Below are positions 38,862 through 50,444 of a stretch of 63,412 nt of DNA, piece after piece. The stretch is from Octopus bimaculoides (lineage: Eukaryota). The translations under genes and the position numbers were made by a program. Below the pieces are notes generated by a model, which saw only the letters and a list, made by a program, of their open reading frames with translations, was not told where the DNA came from and ran no database searches. Where the stretch lies: NCBI RefSeq assembly GCF_001194135.2, contig NC_069003.1, positions 20,347,279 to 20,410,690 on the forward strand, written 5' to 3'. The stretch's first letter is position 1. Each line of letters begins with the position of its first letter.

Positions 38862-39700
38862 ATAGTAAACCCAATAATTGAAATAAATTCAAATATCTTA
38901 ATTTTCGTATAAAAATTATTATTGCTTTGATGGCCCAATAGATAAGAGTGTTTAGAAATAATAACAAAATACCCTAGTAGAGGTTTCAAATCTCTGCCAG
39001 AAATTACAAGATGTCTTATTAAATATTTTTATCAGCAAAAAGATTGTGTGTGAAGAAGGGAGTCATAAAACAGCCTTGACATAGTAACCAAATCTCATTC
39101 AACTCTTTGTAGTAAGCCCAGTAATTGAAATAAATTTAAATATCTTCATTTTCGCAGTAGAATTGTTGTTGCTTTGGTGGCCCAGTTGGTAAGGGTGTTT
39201 AAAAGTAGTAACAAGACACAAGCAGAGGTTTCTAATCTCTGCCATGAAATACAGGGGGTCTTATTAAACATTTTCATTTTTTATCTCTAGAGATAAAAAA
39301 AAAAATGAAAAATTTTAGTAAGACCCCTTAATGCAGGCCTTGGGCAGGATCGAACCCTGCCCAGGATGTTCAATGTGGCTGTTTGTGTCTCTACCCACGA
39401 GACCACCAAGACACCCAGCATTAATGTAGTAAATTAAGAGATATTTAAATCTATCATTGCTAAAGATAAAAAAAAAACAAAAATTAGTAAGTAGGAATTT
39501 AATGCACTGGGAGAGGGTTTCAATCTGTAACTCTTCCAAGGAATTACAAGAGCAGTGGAGTGCGGGGAGTAAATATTTTATTTAAAAAAATTTCAAATTT
39601 TTATAAACACCAAGGATAGTGCTTCTGGAAGGGATTGAACCTTGCTCAGGATCTGTAATACAGCATGTGCAATTACCCACATGGCCACAAATACAACAAC
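38862..39700. repeat. Cluster of about five diverged tRNA-like units in +,+,-,-,- arrangement around a hairpin at ~39250-39330
   Basis: Units 38862-39030 and 39110-39285 are direct duplicates (A box TGGCCCAGTTGG at 39178). Minus units carry GGTTCGATCC (39347-39356) and GGTTCAATCC. All trail into GGGGTCTTA(T/C)TAAA. Confidence 0.6.
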
Positions 39701-39748
39701 ACTAAAAGCAGGCAAAAAAGAAGTTATTTAAATTGATTTATATATCAT

Positions 39749-39787
<39 letters not shown>

Positions 39788-40109
39788 GATATATATAGAT
39801 ATTGGGCCTCACCGAGGCGATGACTACTGACCGAGACCTTTGGAAATGTGCTGTGCGTGAGAAGACCCGGCAAGCCAAGTAAGATCGTTGCCAGTGCCCC
39901 TGGACTGGCTCTTGTGCGGGCGGCACATGAGATGCACCATGAGATGCGTCCCGTCCAGCTGGGGAACACATACGACATTGAAACCGGGAAGCTGGGCCCA
40001 TGAGCCTGGCTAAACTTTAAAAGGACGCATTTGTGGAGGTGCAATGGCCCAGTGGTTAGGGCAGTGGACTTGTGGTCGGAGGAGTGCGGTTTTGATTCAC
40101 CAAAGCAAG

Positions 40110-40616
40110 CTAATGATGTCTGTTTGATGGTCCAGTGCTGGTGTCATCTGGTAAGTCAATTACAGTGGATGTATGCATCAAGCAATTGGATGAAATGATG
40201 AGTGAATTTACAATTAAACAACTGTGATTGGTCAGTAGAGACAGGCCAATTCTCTTGCAAAACAATGCTCGACTACATGTTACACAAAGTATGCTACTCA
40301 AGTTACAGGAACTGAACTTGGAAGTACTCTGTCATCTACCATATTCACCAGACCTTGCACCAAATGACTATCATATTTTCCAGGCATTAGACAACTTTTT
40401 ACAAGGAAAAAACTTGCAAAAGCAGCCTTTCATGATTTCATTACTTTTTGTTCTCCAGAATTCTTCGCTGCTGGCATAAATAAGCTACTGATAAAATGGC
40501 AAAACTGTGTTGATAATTTAAGTGCACACCTTGATTAGCTGCATTGTTTTTTGCTGAGATAAAGTAAAATAAACTTTCAGTTCAAAATTGGACATTTCAT
40601 TCTTAATGACCTGATA
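40110..40616 (+). pseudogene. Mariner (Hsmar1/cecropia-like) transposase C-terminus + 3' TIR
   Basis: PILLQNNARLHV...LNLEVLCHLPYSPDLAPNDYHIFQALDNFLQGK; ends ...TTAATGACCTGATA|TA. Confidence 0.88.
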
Positions 40617-41071
40617 TATACATATATATGCATATTTATGGTTCCAATGTACAAAAAACAAAAGACAGAGACAAGTGTGGGAACAACAAACAAGGTATAT
40701 TAGTTTGAGGCTCAGGAAAAATGGAGAAGTCTTTGATGTTTTGAGCCTATGCTCTTTGACAGAAAGGGATAAGGGGAAAAAATGGAGAGAAGGAAACAAA
40801 ATGGGGAGAGAAAAAAGAATGTGTCAGGATTAATAGCTCCACTTGTTGAAAAGACCAGAAGGAAGAGGTCAATGGAGGGAGTGATAACAATGACCTGGCT
40901 AAACTGGTGTGTGTGTATGGGAAGATGGTGTGTGTGAGTGTATATGTGTGTGTTGGTGAGTGCATGTGCATGTATATGTGGGCGAGCATAATATTATGTG
41001 AGCTTGTATGTATGTGTGCATGTGGGAGTGTGTGAGGCAGTGTATAGTATGTGTGTGAGGTTATGTGTGTT

Positions 41072-41124
<53 letters not shown>

Positions 41125-41559
41125 ATCTTTTAGATTTTAGCCAATTGACTGTAGACATGTTAGGGCACTGCCTTGAAATTTTAGTTGAATGTATCGACAC
41201 ACATAGATGTATAGTGTAGGTCATGATAGGGTAGAAAACTTGTGTACTTCCAATGCAGCACTCAACACAAACTCCTGGATTCTTCAAATGAAATCTTGAA
41301 AAAATTGAAAGTCCACTGATGCAGAAATTCAAAATACATCACTGGCAAAACCAATGTGTGAGTCTTATGAAGAGTAATGTAAGTCAGAAGACAAAGAATG
41401 AGTTTAGAACATCTTTATTGTTAGTTACAATTGTTTTGGTAGCATTCCGTTTCCATCACCATTGTATATAATTGATTTCATGTGAAAAGCAATGAAATAT
41501 TTGTGGTTGATTGTTTTGGAGTGACACCTCATTAGACTGACATCATAATACATGCTCTT

Positions 41560-42545
41560 ACATTGCGTAACAAACATGCATTTTATGTTGTTTATTTAGG
41601 GAGGAATCAATAAGTACATTTGATAAGAACATTTTGTGTGAGGTTCAGTGAATGCAGAGAGTATTCTACTGAACCTCTTCATTCAGTCCATCTATTTGGC
41701 AAAATCTCATCAAAGTAAGCTGTTATTATGATAATGCTAGAAATATAACTCTACACCTTCAAAGTTCTCTTGAAGCCATTACATGACAGATTGTCACAGT
41801 TAAATAGGACCAATTACAGTATTATTGAACAAGAACAATCGAATTAATCCTTTTGATGATAAGCCATACCATACTGTAACTCCTGGTAAATTAACATGAT
41901 GTTCCTTTGTAGTATGGGGATCCTAAGGTCCCCAGTAAGTGAAATTGTGATAGTTAATTGAGTTATTTAATTTGAATGTAACCATATTACCCAAAACAAA
42001 ATTTTGTTGGAAAGTATGCATCTTCTACACATCTTGCCAAGTTCCACATGCAAAACTTGACTCTTTGGTTTGGATTATCATCACTGAAAGTGTGGACTAT
42101 TCTTGGAATGTAACTTTTCCCACAACAGACTTTCAAAATGGGATAGAAGTTTGATTTCGAAGTTCCAAACTCAAGATTCACTTGCCACACAGATTTTCTT
42201 GTACTCTGACAATGTTTCTTGTACTCTTAGTACTTTTCCTTGCTTTGTGAGGTTCATTAAAGTCAGTGACCTTCCAGAACATTCTTAGCTGACATTCTGA
42301 ATGGTTCCATCTGCTTCAACCATCTGTAATTTGAGAGATGACAAGTCACACAAGTGGATCTGTTTCAAACTCCTTCCTAAACTGTCTTTGCATTTTCACT
42401 ACCTTTTCACTACCTTTTCAAACTTCCATTTTAGAATAAATCTCCGATGTTAAAACTTTAGTTTGGCTTTCTTCATTATTTTGATTGGGTTAAAGCTAAA
42501 AGACAAAAAGAAAATTGAGTCATTAGCTGTTAAATTGTGCATACA
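41560..42545 (-). pseudogene. Degenerate Tc1/mariner-superfamily transposase (DUF4817-type N-terminus, maT-like)
   Basis: WKFEKVVKMQRQFRKEFETDP; YIPRIVHTFSDDNPNQRVKFC; TFKLNNSINYHN.TYW..DPH...[18 protein letters not shown]; LPNRW..RGSVEY; many stops. Confidence 0.75.
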
Positions 42546-42823
42546 TTGTTTGGAACCACCACCTGCTCCACCTACTCCTCCTGCTCCTCCTGTTCCCCCT
42601 GCTCCCCCTCCCCCTCCTGCTCCCATCCNNNNNNNNNNNNNNNNNNNNNNNNNNNNNNNNNNNNNNNNNNNNNNNNNNNNNNNNNNNNNNNNNNNNNNNN
42701 NNNNNNNNNNNNNNNNNNNNNNNNNNNNNNNNNNNNNNNNNNNNNNNNNNNNNNNNNNNNNNNNNNNNNNNNNNNNNNNNNNNNNNNNNNNNNNNNNNNN
42801 NNNNNNNNNNNNNNNNNNNNNNN

Positions 42824-43955
42824 TGAGAGTGTAGCAACTAGAGTAAGAATACCCAGGGCAAAGTTCAAGGAGCTCCTACCTCTGCTGGCAACTAAAGGCC
42901 CCTCACTCAGGGTGAAAGGTAGACTGTATGATGCATGTGTGCAAACAGCCATGCTACATGGCAGTGAAACATGGGCCATGAAAGCTGAGGACAAGCATAG
43001 GCTGGAAAGAAATGAAGCTAGTATGATTCGCTAGATGTGTAATGTCAGTGTGCATACACGACAGAGTGTAAGCGCCCCGAGAGAAAAGTTGAGCATAAGA
43101 AGCATCAAATGTGGTGTGCAAGAGAGACGACTGAGCTGGTATGGTCATGTATTACCTATAGATGAGGACAGCTGTGTGAGAAAGTGCCACTCCCTAATTG
43201 TAGAAGGAAACTGGAAGAGGTGGACCCAGGAAGACATGGGATGAGGTGGTGAAGCATGACCTTTGAACATGGGCCTCACAGAGGCAATGACAGGAGACTG
43301 GGACCTTTGGAGATATGCTGTGATTGAGAAGACCTGACAACTAAAGTGAGATCGCATCTACGCACGTCCAGCCCTGTTAAGAATATTCCTGATGCGTTGA
43401 ATGATATGATATACTTGAGAAGACCTGTTGAGTCAAGTGAAACCAATATCGTAGCTGGGGTCGGTGCCCCTTGGCTGGCTCCCATGCTGATGGCACATAA
43501 AAAGTACCATCCGAACGTGGTTGATGCCAGGTCCGCTTGACTGGCTCCTGTACTGGTGGCACATAAAAAGCACCATCCAAACATGTTTGTTGCCAGGCCT
43601 GCCTTACTGGCTCTGGTGCTGGTGGCAAGTAAAAAGCACCAACCGATCGTGACTGACGCCAGTAGCCCCTGACTGGCTCCTGTGACGGTGGCACATAAAA
43701 AGCACTGTCAGAATGTGATCATTGCCAGGCCTGCCTTACTGGCTCCTGTGCCGGTGGATCATAAAAAGCACTTACTATACTCTTGGAGTGGTTGACATTA
43801 AGAAGGGCATCCAGTTGTAGAAACTCTGCCAGACCAGATTGGAGCCTGGTGCAGCTGCTGGCCCTCCAGACCTCAGAAAACCATCCAACCCATGCCAGCA
43901 TGGAAAACGGACGTTAATCGATGATGGAGATGATGATGATGATGATGATGATGAA
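42824..43955 (+). mobile_element. RTE 3' fragment with four 65-bp UTR repeats
   Basis: ESVATRVRIPRAKFKELLPLLATKGPSLRVKGRLYDACVQTAMLHGSETWA; RRLSWYGHV; repeat array at 43495-43770; (GAT)n tail. Confidence 0.92.
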
Positions 43956-44193
43956 ACAAGTGACTTCAAAGTTTTGGCCTGCTAAGCCATCATTGGAAAC
44001 TTTGAAGTCATTGTCAACAACATTCATGTTTAAGAATAATAAATTTTTAGTCTACAAAAGTATAGCATAATCCATCAGATTAATGTAATATTGGTTTTAT
44101 AATAATTGAACATAAAAACAAATATCATATATATACATATNNNNNNNNNNNNNNNNNNNNNNNNNNNNNNNNNNNNNNNNNNNNNNNNNNNNN

Positions 44194-44234
<41 letters not shown>

Positions 44235-45107
44235 AATTGTAATCATACAAGAATGAGGGGTAAAAAAAGACTTTGTACCTAATTTTCAGCACAAGTTCAT
44301 TTAATTAAATCACATCTCTCAATCTTTTCCCTTTTTTTATCTAGATATTTAAATATACATTTGTTAGATTTATTATCAGAGAAATCAGTAGAGATAAGAA
44401 AACCTTTGACTCTCGTGAAGAGCTGTTATCTTTTTGCTTCTTTTTGGTGAGGAATAAGGATAATTGTGGTGGTGATGATGGTGATGGTGTTGGTAGTGAT
44501 AGTGGTGATCGTGTATGTGTGTGTGTGCGTGTGTGGACCAATCAGATATTTAATGAGATAAATGATTTTTTTCACTTAATCTGTGTCCATTTGTGAGTTT
44601 ATTAACTATCTCAGTGTGTCAACGTGTCTGGCTGTCTATGTGTCTATGTGTATTTGTTTATGTAGCAAAGTCTTTCTCTCCCTCTTTCTCCTCTTTTATC
44701 TTCTCTGTCACATTATTTTCTTTATCAAACATCAGTTTATCATTCTGCCCATCTGCCTGCCTGCCTGCCTGCCTGTCTATTTGTCTGTCTGTTTGTCTGC
44801 TGGTTTTTATGTATGTCTCCCTGTTTGCTTGTCTCATCAATCTCTTTCACTTGTTTCACTCATTAGACTGTGGCCATGCTGGGGCACTGTCTTGAACTTT
44901 TAGTTGAATGAATCAACCCCAGTACTTATTTATTTTTCAAACCTGGTATTCATTCTATTGGTCTCTTTTGCTGAACCTCTAAATTACAGGGTCATAAACA
45001 CACCAACACTGGTGATTGGGGGACAAATACAGACATAAAGACACACACATACACATTTACACACACACATTTACACACACACATACACATATGACAGGCT
45101 TCTTTCA

Positions 45108-46749
45108 CATTATTTACATTCGACGGATATGTGTCCTCATCTTGTTTGTTGTTAACGCAACATTTCGGCTGATATACCCTCCAGCCTTCTTCAAGTGTCT
45201 TATTCCTAAGGTATTTTTCGATTAGTGTTCAGATCACTGCTTGGAATCGAACTCGGAATCTGGTGGTTAGTAGTCTGTGCTCTTAACCACAACGCCATAT
45301 GCCTGTGGGCAATTATGGAGTGAATTTTAGGGTTTATAAATCTAATATTTTTCCTATCCTTCCTTAATACCAGTTCCCATATGCTGCTCATATCAGCACT
45401 CGGTCTCCTTAGGAGGTTGTTGTGTCCTAGCATATGTACTGCTTCTTTTAGTTTTCGTATTTTCCAGTGGTGTACTCGGTCTAATATTTTGACTTCATCC
45501 CACAGGGGGAGGTGGTCTCCATTTTTCCTTACATGATCAGCTATACCCGATTTATCAATATCTCCTCGTGTCACAGCTTTGCGATGTTCCTCTACCCTTA
45601 TTTTGAGGGAGTGGCATGTTTCGCCTTTGTATAACCTACCACAACTGCATGGGATGGAGTACCCGCAGTCTTTGGTCATATTCTCTTCTATTGGTGGTTT
45701 TACTCAAAGAAGATATTTGCGAAGTGTTGTATTACTTTTGAATACTGTCCTTATGTCATATGGGCCGCATATCTTTTGTATCTTTTCAGAGAGGCCTTTC
45801 ACATAGGGTAGACAGACTGTGGACAGTTCATTGACCTCATCCTCTCTCTTCTTCATAATTGGAGTGGATAGCATACTTTTGGGGTAGTTGTTGCTTAACA
45901 GATCGTTATTGAGCCTGATCATTTCTTTGTGGTGTGTATCACGATCACCACTTATATTCTCTGTACGATGTTTTAGGCACTGAGCAATCCCTCTCTTGGT
46001 ACTAGATACTTGGTACTAGAAAAAACAAAACCTGCTAAACAAAACATCACTAAGGAAGAAAAGTTCGCTATCAAAAGACTACAGAGTGATAATTCCATCA
46101 TAATACTTCCAGCAGACAAGGGAAATGTTACAGTAATGATGGACAAGTCTGATAACTCTGAAAAGTTGGCAAGTCTTATAAATGATGGTAGCTACAGCAA
46201 AGTAAAGAAAGACCCTACTTTGAAAACAGAGAGGAAGTTGTCACATATCTTGATCAAGAACAAGGATCACTTTACACCAATGAAGTACAGACAACTGACT
46301 CAACACCACAGTAAACTACCACACATGTACGGTCTCCCTAAGATTCACGAGGATGGTATTCCATTAAGGCCTATAATGTGCAGATATGAGTTGCATATGG
46401 GAACCAGTATTAAGGAAGGATAGAAAAATATTAGACTTATAAGCCCTAAAATTCACTCCATAATTGCCCACAGGCATATGACGTAGTGGTTAAGAGCACA
46501 GGCTACTAACCACAAGATTCCAAGTTCGATTCCAAGCAGTGACCTGAACACTAATAATAATATTAATAATAATGATCATAATAATAATAATAATAATAAT
46601 AACAACAACAACAACAGTATCGAAAAATACCTTAGGAATGAGAACCCAGGTTTGAAATTTCCCCAAGACACCTGAACAACAGACAAGATGAGGACAAATA
46701 TCCATTGAATGCAAATAATGTAAATAATTTCTCATTTCTTAAATATAGA
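45108..46749. mobile_element. Penelope-like element with inverted structure and deleted RT core, inserted in a SINE-A copy with a 12-bp TSD
   Basis: Minus strand 45990-45350: RT thumb (LPYVKGLSEKI...TVFK) and GIY-YIG endonuclease (GYSIPCSCGRLYKGET...RVEEH...SGIADH). Plus strand 46010-46380: RT N-terminus (PADKGN...YGLPKIHEDGIPLRPI). Terminal repeats 45108-45395(-) and 46385-46749(+). AGGCTTCTTTCA at 45096-45107 and 46750-46761; SINE halves at 44865-45107 and 46750-46895. Confidence 0.9.
46472..46552 (+). promoter_or_regulatory. tRNA-like Pol III internal promoter within the Penelope terminal repeat (second copy 45228-45305, minus strand)
   Basis: A box TGACGTAGTGG (46479-46489; TGGCGTTGTGG in the other copy), B box GTTCGATTC (46524-46532), tRNA-like spacing. 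Confidence 0.65.
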
Positions 46750-47959
46750 AGGCTTCTTTCAGTTTCCATCTATCAAATCTACTCACAAAGGTCTGAGGCT
46801 ATAATAGAACGCGCTTGCCCAAGGTGCCATGAAGTGGGACTGAACCCGGAACATGTGTTTGGGAAGCAAGCTTCTTACGACACAGCCACACCTGTACTTA
46901 TAGCGTATTACTATATATGTCTGTCTATCTACATTTGTCTGTTTAGCTGCCCAATTATCTATCTATTTGTCTGTCTGTTTATCTATCTGTCAGACTATCT
47001 CAGTCTGTCTACCTCTCTGTCTATATTTGTCTATCTAGCTGTCCAATCTGTCTGTGTATCTATCAGTCTGCCCATCTGCTTATTTATGTATGTATGTATG
47101 TATTTATCTATCTATCTGTCTGTCTGTCTCTCTGCCTGTCTGTCTCTCTGCCTGTCTGTCTCTCAGCCTGTCTGTCTATCTATTTATCTATCTATCTGCC
47201 TGTCTCCCCATCTTTCTATTTATTTACCNNNNNNNNNNNNNNNNNNNNNNNNNNNNNNNNNNNNNNNNNNNNNNNNNNNNNNNNNNNNNNNNNNNNNNNN
47301 NNNNNNNNNNNNNNNNNNNNNNNNNNNNNNNNNNNNNNNNNNNNNNNNNNNNNNNNNNNNNNNNNNNNNNNNNNNNNNNNNNNNNNNNNNNNNNNNNNNN
47401 NNNNNNNNNNNNNNNNNNNNNNNNNNNNNNNNNNNNNNNNNNNNNNNNNNNNNNNNNNNNNNNNNGAAATCATAATAACCAGTTCAACAATCAGTTTGTG
47501 TTCTTCCCTTTTTCTTCTTCTTTTTTTTATCACATTTCTATTGAACTGTAAATTATAACTTAATTGCAAACTTTGATCTTATAAACAGTGGGTCTAATAG
47601 TCTGGTCTCTCTCTTTTCCTCTCTCTTTCTCTCCCCCTCTCTCTCTTTCTCTTGCTCCGTCCCTCTCTGTCCCCTCTTTGTGCCTGTGTGTATCTGTCTC
47701 ATTCCATACCTCCACCTCTCTCTCTCCTTCTCTCTGTTTCTCATCTTCATGTCATCCTCTCTGTCAATCAACCTTTCTCTGTATTTTACATACAAGTATT
47801 TATTTTTTCTTTCTTTCTTCCTCTTTTCAACAAGATTTCATATTTTTTAAAAAATTCATTTTTCACTAGTTTACCTGGTGTGCAATACAGGTGAGTTGAG
47901 CTAATAATAATGCTTTATGACATGTATAAATGTATGTGTATGTGCATACACACACACAC

Positions 47960-48051
<92 letters not shown>

Positions 48052-48164
48052 ATACACACACACGAGTGCACACACACACACGTGTATGTGTGTGAGCATG
48101 TACCCACATATCATATATACATACGGCAACATACCCACATATATATATTACATAAATACATATG

Positions 48165-48523
48165 TAATATTATTACAAATTTGGGATTTTACCAATAGAA
48201 CCACAACTCCTATTTCAGGATAACCTTATTTGTATGGAATACACATAGAAAATTATATCCAATAAAATAATATAAGCATTTAAAAAAAACCTACTATAAA
48301 ATCCAATAAAATTATTTGAAAAAATATTTGAAAAAATATATATAACTAAGTAAGTTATATATATTTTTTCAAATAATTCTATTGTATTTTATAGTAGGTT
48401 TTTTTTAAAAGCTTATATTATTTTATTGGATATAACTTTTTATGTGTATTCTATACAAATAAGATTATCCTAAAATAGGAGTTGCGGTTCTATTAGTAAC
48501 ATCCTAAATTTGTAATAATATTA
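48165..48523. repeat. AT-rich near-perfect foldback (~185-bp arms, centre ~48350)
   Basis: TAATATTATTACAAATTTGGGAT...TATATAACT pairs with AGTTATATA...ATCCTAAATTTGTAATAATATTA. Confidence 0.88.
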
Positions 48524-48605
48524 TAAATGATACTGTTTACATTGGATTAGTAAAGTGTAAACGAGTAAATGTCCTGATAACCTTGAATTCCCTAAGATTT
48601 TATAA

Positions 48606-48646
<41 letters not shown>

Positions 48647-49195
48647 NNNNNNNNNNNNNNNNNNNNNNNNNNNNNNNNNNNNNNNNNNNNNNNNNNNNNN
48701 NNNNNNNNNNNNNNNNNNNNNNNNNNNNNNNNNNNNNNNNNNNNNNNNNNNNNNNNNNNNNNNNNNNNNNNNNNNNNNNNNNNNNNNNNNNNNNNNNNNN
48801 NNNNNNNNNNNNNNNNNNNNNNNNNNNNNNNNNNNNNNNNNNNNNNNNNNNNNNNNNNNNNNNNNNNNNNNNNNNNNNNNNNNNNNNNNNNNNNNNNNNN
48901 NNNNNNNNNNNNNNNNNNNNNNNNNNNNNNNNNNNNNNNNNNNNNNNNNNNNNNNNNNNNNNNNNNNNNNNNNNNNNNNNNNNNNNNNNNNNNNNNNNNN
49001 NNNNNNNNNNNNNNNNNNNNNNNNNNNNNNNNNNNNNNNNNNNNNNNNNNNNNNNNNNNNNNNNNNNNNNNNNNNNNNNNNNNNNNNNNNNNNNNNNNNN
49101 NNNNNNNNNNNNNNNNNNNNNNNNNNNNNNNNNNNNNNNNNNNNNNNNNNNNNNNNNNNNNNNNNNNNNNNNNNNNNNNNNNNNNNNNNNNNNNN

Positions 49196-49527
49196 ATATT
49201 TGTCCTCATCTTGTTTGTTGTTAACGCAACGTTTCAGCTGATATACCCTCCAGCCTTCTTCAGTTGTCTTGGGGAAATTTCAAACCTGGGTTCTCATTCC
49301 TAAGGTATTTTTTGATGTTATTATTATTGCTATTTTTATTATTAGTGTTCAGGTCACTGTTTGGAATCGAACTCGGAAGGCTGGAGGATATATCAGCCGA
49401 AGAAGGCTGGAGGGTATATCAGCTGAAACGTTGTGTTAACAACAAACAAGATGAGGACAAATATCCATCGAATGTAAATAATGTAAATAATGTACAGAAT
49501 TCCTCATCTCTTAAATATAGAACTGTA
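49196..49527. mobile_element. Third head-to-head pair of Penelope terminal repeats (left end in N-gap)
   Basis: 49196-49375(-) includes the hammerhead and the 3' part of the tRNA-like cassette; 49376-49527(+) has a duplicated helix-II segment and the full end ...CTTAAATATAGAACTGTA. Confidence 0.82.
49221..49270 (-). ncRNA. Candidate minimal type I hammerhead ribozyme (best-preserved copy) in the Penelope terminal repeat
   Basis: AAGACAA-CTGAAGA-A-GGCTG-GAGGGTATAT-CAGCT-GAAA-CG-TT-GCGTT: CUGANGA and GAAA core boxes flank a 5-bp helix II; ACGT palindrome as helix III; helix I imperfect in this copy. Variant copies at 391-428(-), 432-470(+), 45151-45200(-), 49397-49437(+). Confidence 0.6.
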
Positions 49528-49912
49528 CTTTCTTTTCTGTTTTGTTATATGTCTCTCTTTCTGTCTATCTCTCCCATCTCTCTCTCTCTCTCCTCTCTCT
49601 CACTCCCCCTCACTCTGTCAAATCTTTCTTTACAAACTCTCTTTAATAATATCAGAATATCTGTGACCAGAAACAGAATTATGCCTGTTGATGGTTTTCA
49701 GAAAAGTAATAATGAAAAGTATTGCTCCTAGAACATCTTGCATCATCCCTCTGTACATAGCCTCTTCACATGCTAGAAATAGCAGTCAATTGATTGCTAT
49801 TCTGAGGGTGGAAAAAAGAAAGATTCATTATTTCGCATAGACTGAGATGTAACAAAAATTGTTTTCATTAAATTTTATTAATTGCTGATAATTGTTATTG
49901 TTGCTATTGTCA

Positions 49913-50142
49913 TTCAACCCTTTCGCATTCAAACTGGCCACATCCAGCCCGAATATTCTCCCTGTTTTATGTTCAAACCAGCCAGATCTGGTTTCTCACA
50001 CTTTACCCTACAATGTCATTCTAAAAATATGCAATCACACCACCAAAATCTCAAAGCTATAAGAAAATACATGATTAATTAAAAACAGGGAGATTAAATA
50101 AGCATTATAATTGATAAAGTAATCTCACTACTAAAGGGTTAA
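49913..50142. mobile_element. MITE with TTAACCCTTT-type termini (piggyBac-like)
   Basis: Left TTCAACCCTTTCGCATT, right CTACTAAAGGGTTAA. Confidence 0.55.
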
Positions 50143-50444
50143 ATCAAGGTGGCTGATTAACATAATCGGTAGAGCAACAAGTTTAATACTCCAGTTTTGT
50201 TTTCTTTTATGTTTTGAGTCCAAATTCTTCTAATGACAACTTTATCTTTCATAAGTGGAATGGGGTGAATGGGTGGGGTCAATTCACTTGACTACCCTCC
50301 CCTCTACCACCTCCATCACCATCAGAAAAATCTTCACTAATTTTGTTATCAATTGATATTAATTTCTGTATTGATGCTTGCATCATTGTTGTTGTTGCTG
50401 TCAACCGATATGTAACACTGAAGATGTCCTCTAAGGTTTTATAC

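Noticed and set aside
42553-42628. Proline-rich formin-like ORF (PPPAPPTPPAPP)
   Set aside because: Simple (CCT/GCT)n repeat between a transposase remnant and an N-gap; no splice sites.
1034-49224. Long ORFs in the track filled with X or with YI/VC/HT/RE dipeptide runs
   Set aside because: They are artefacts of N-gaps and dinucleotide microsatellites, with no splice or protein-family support.
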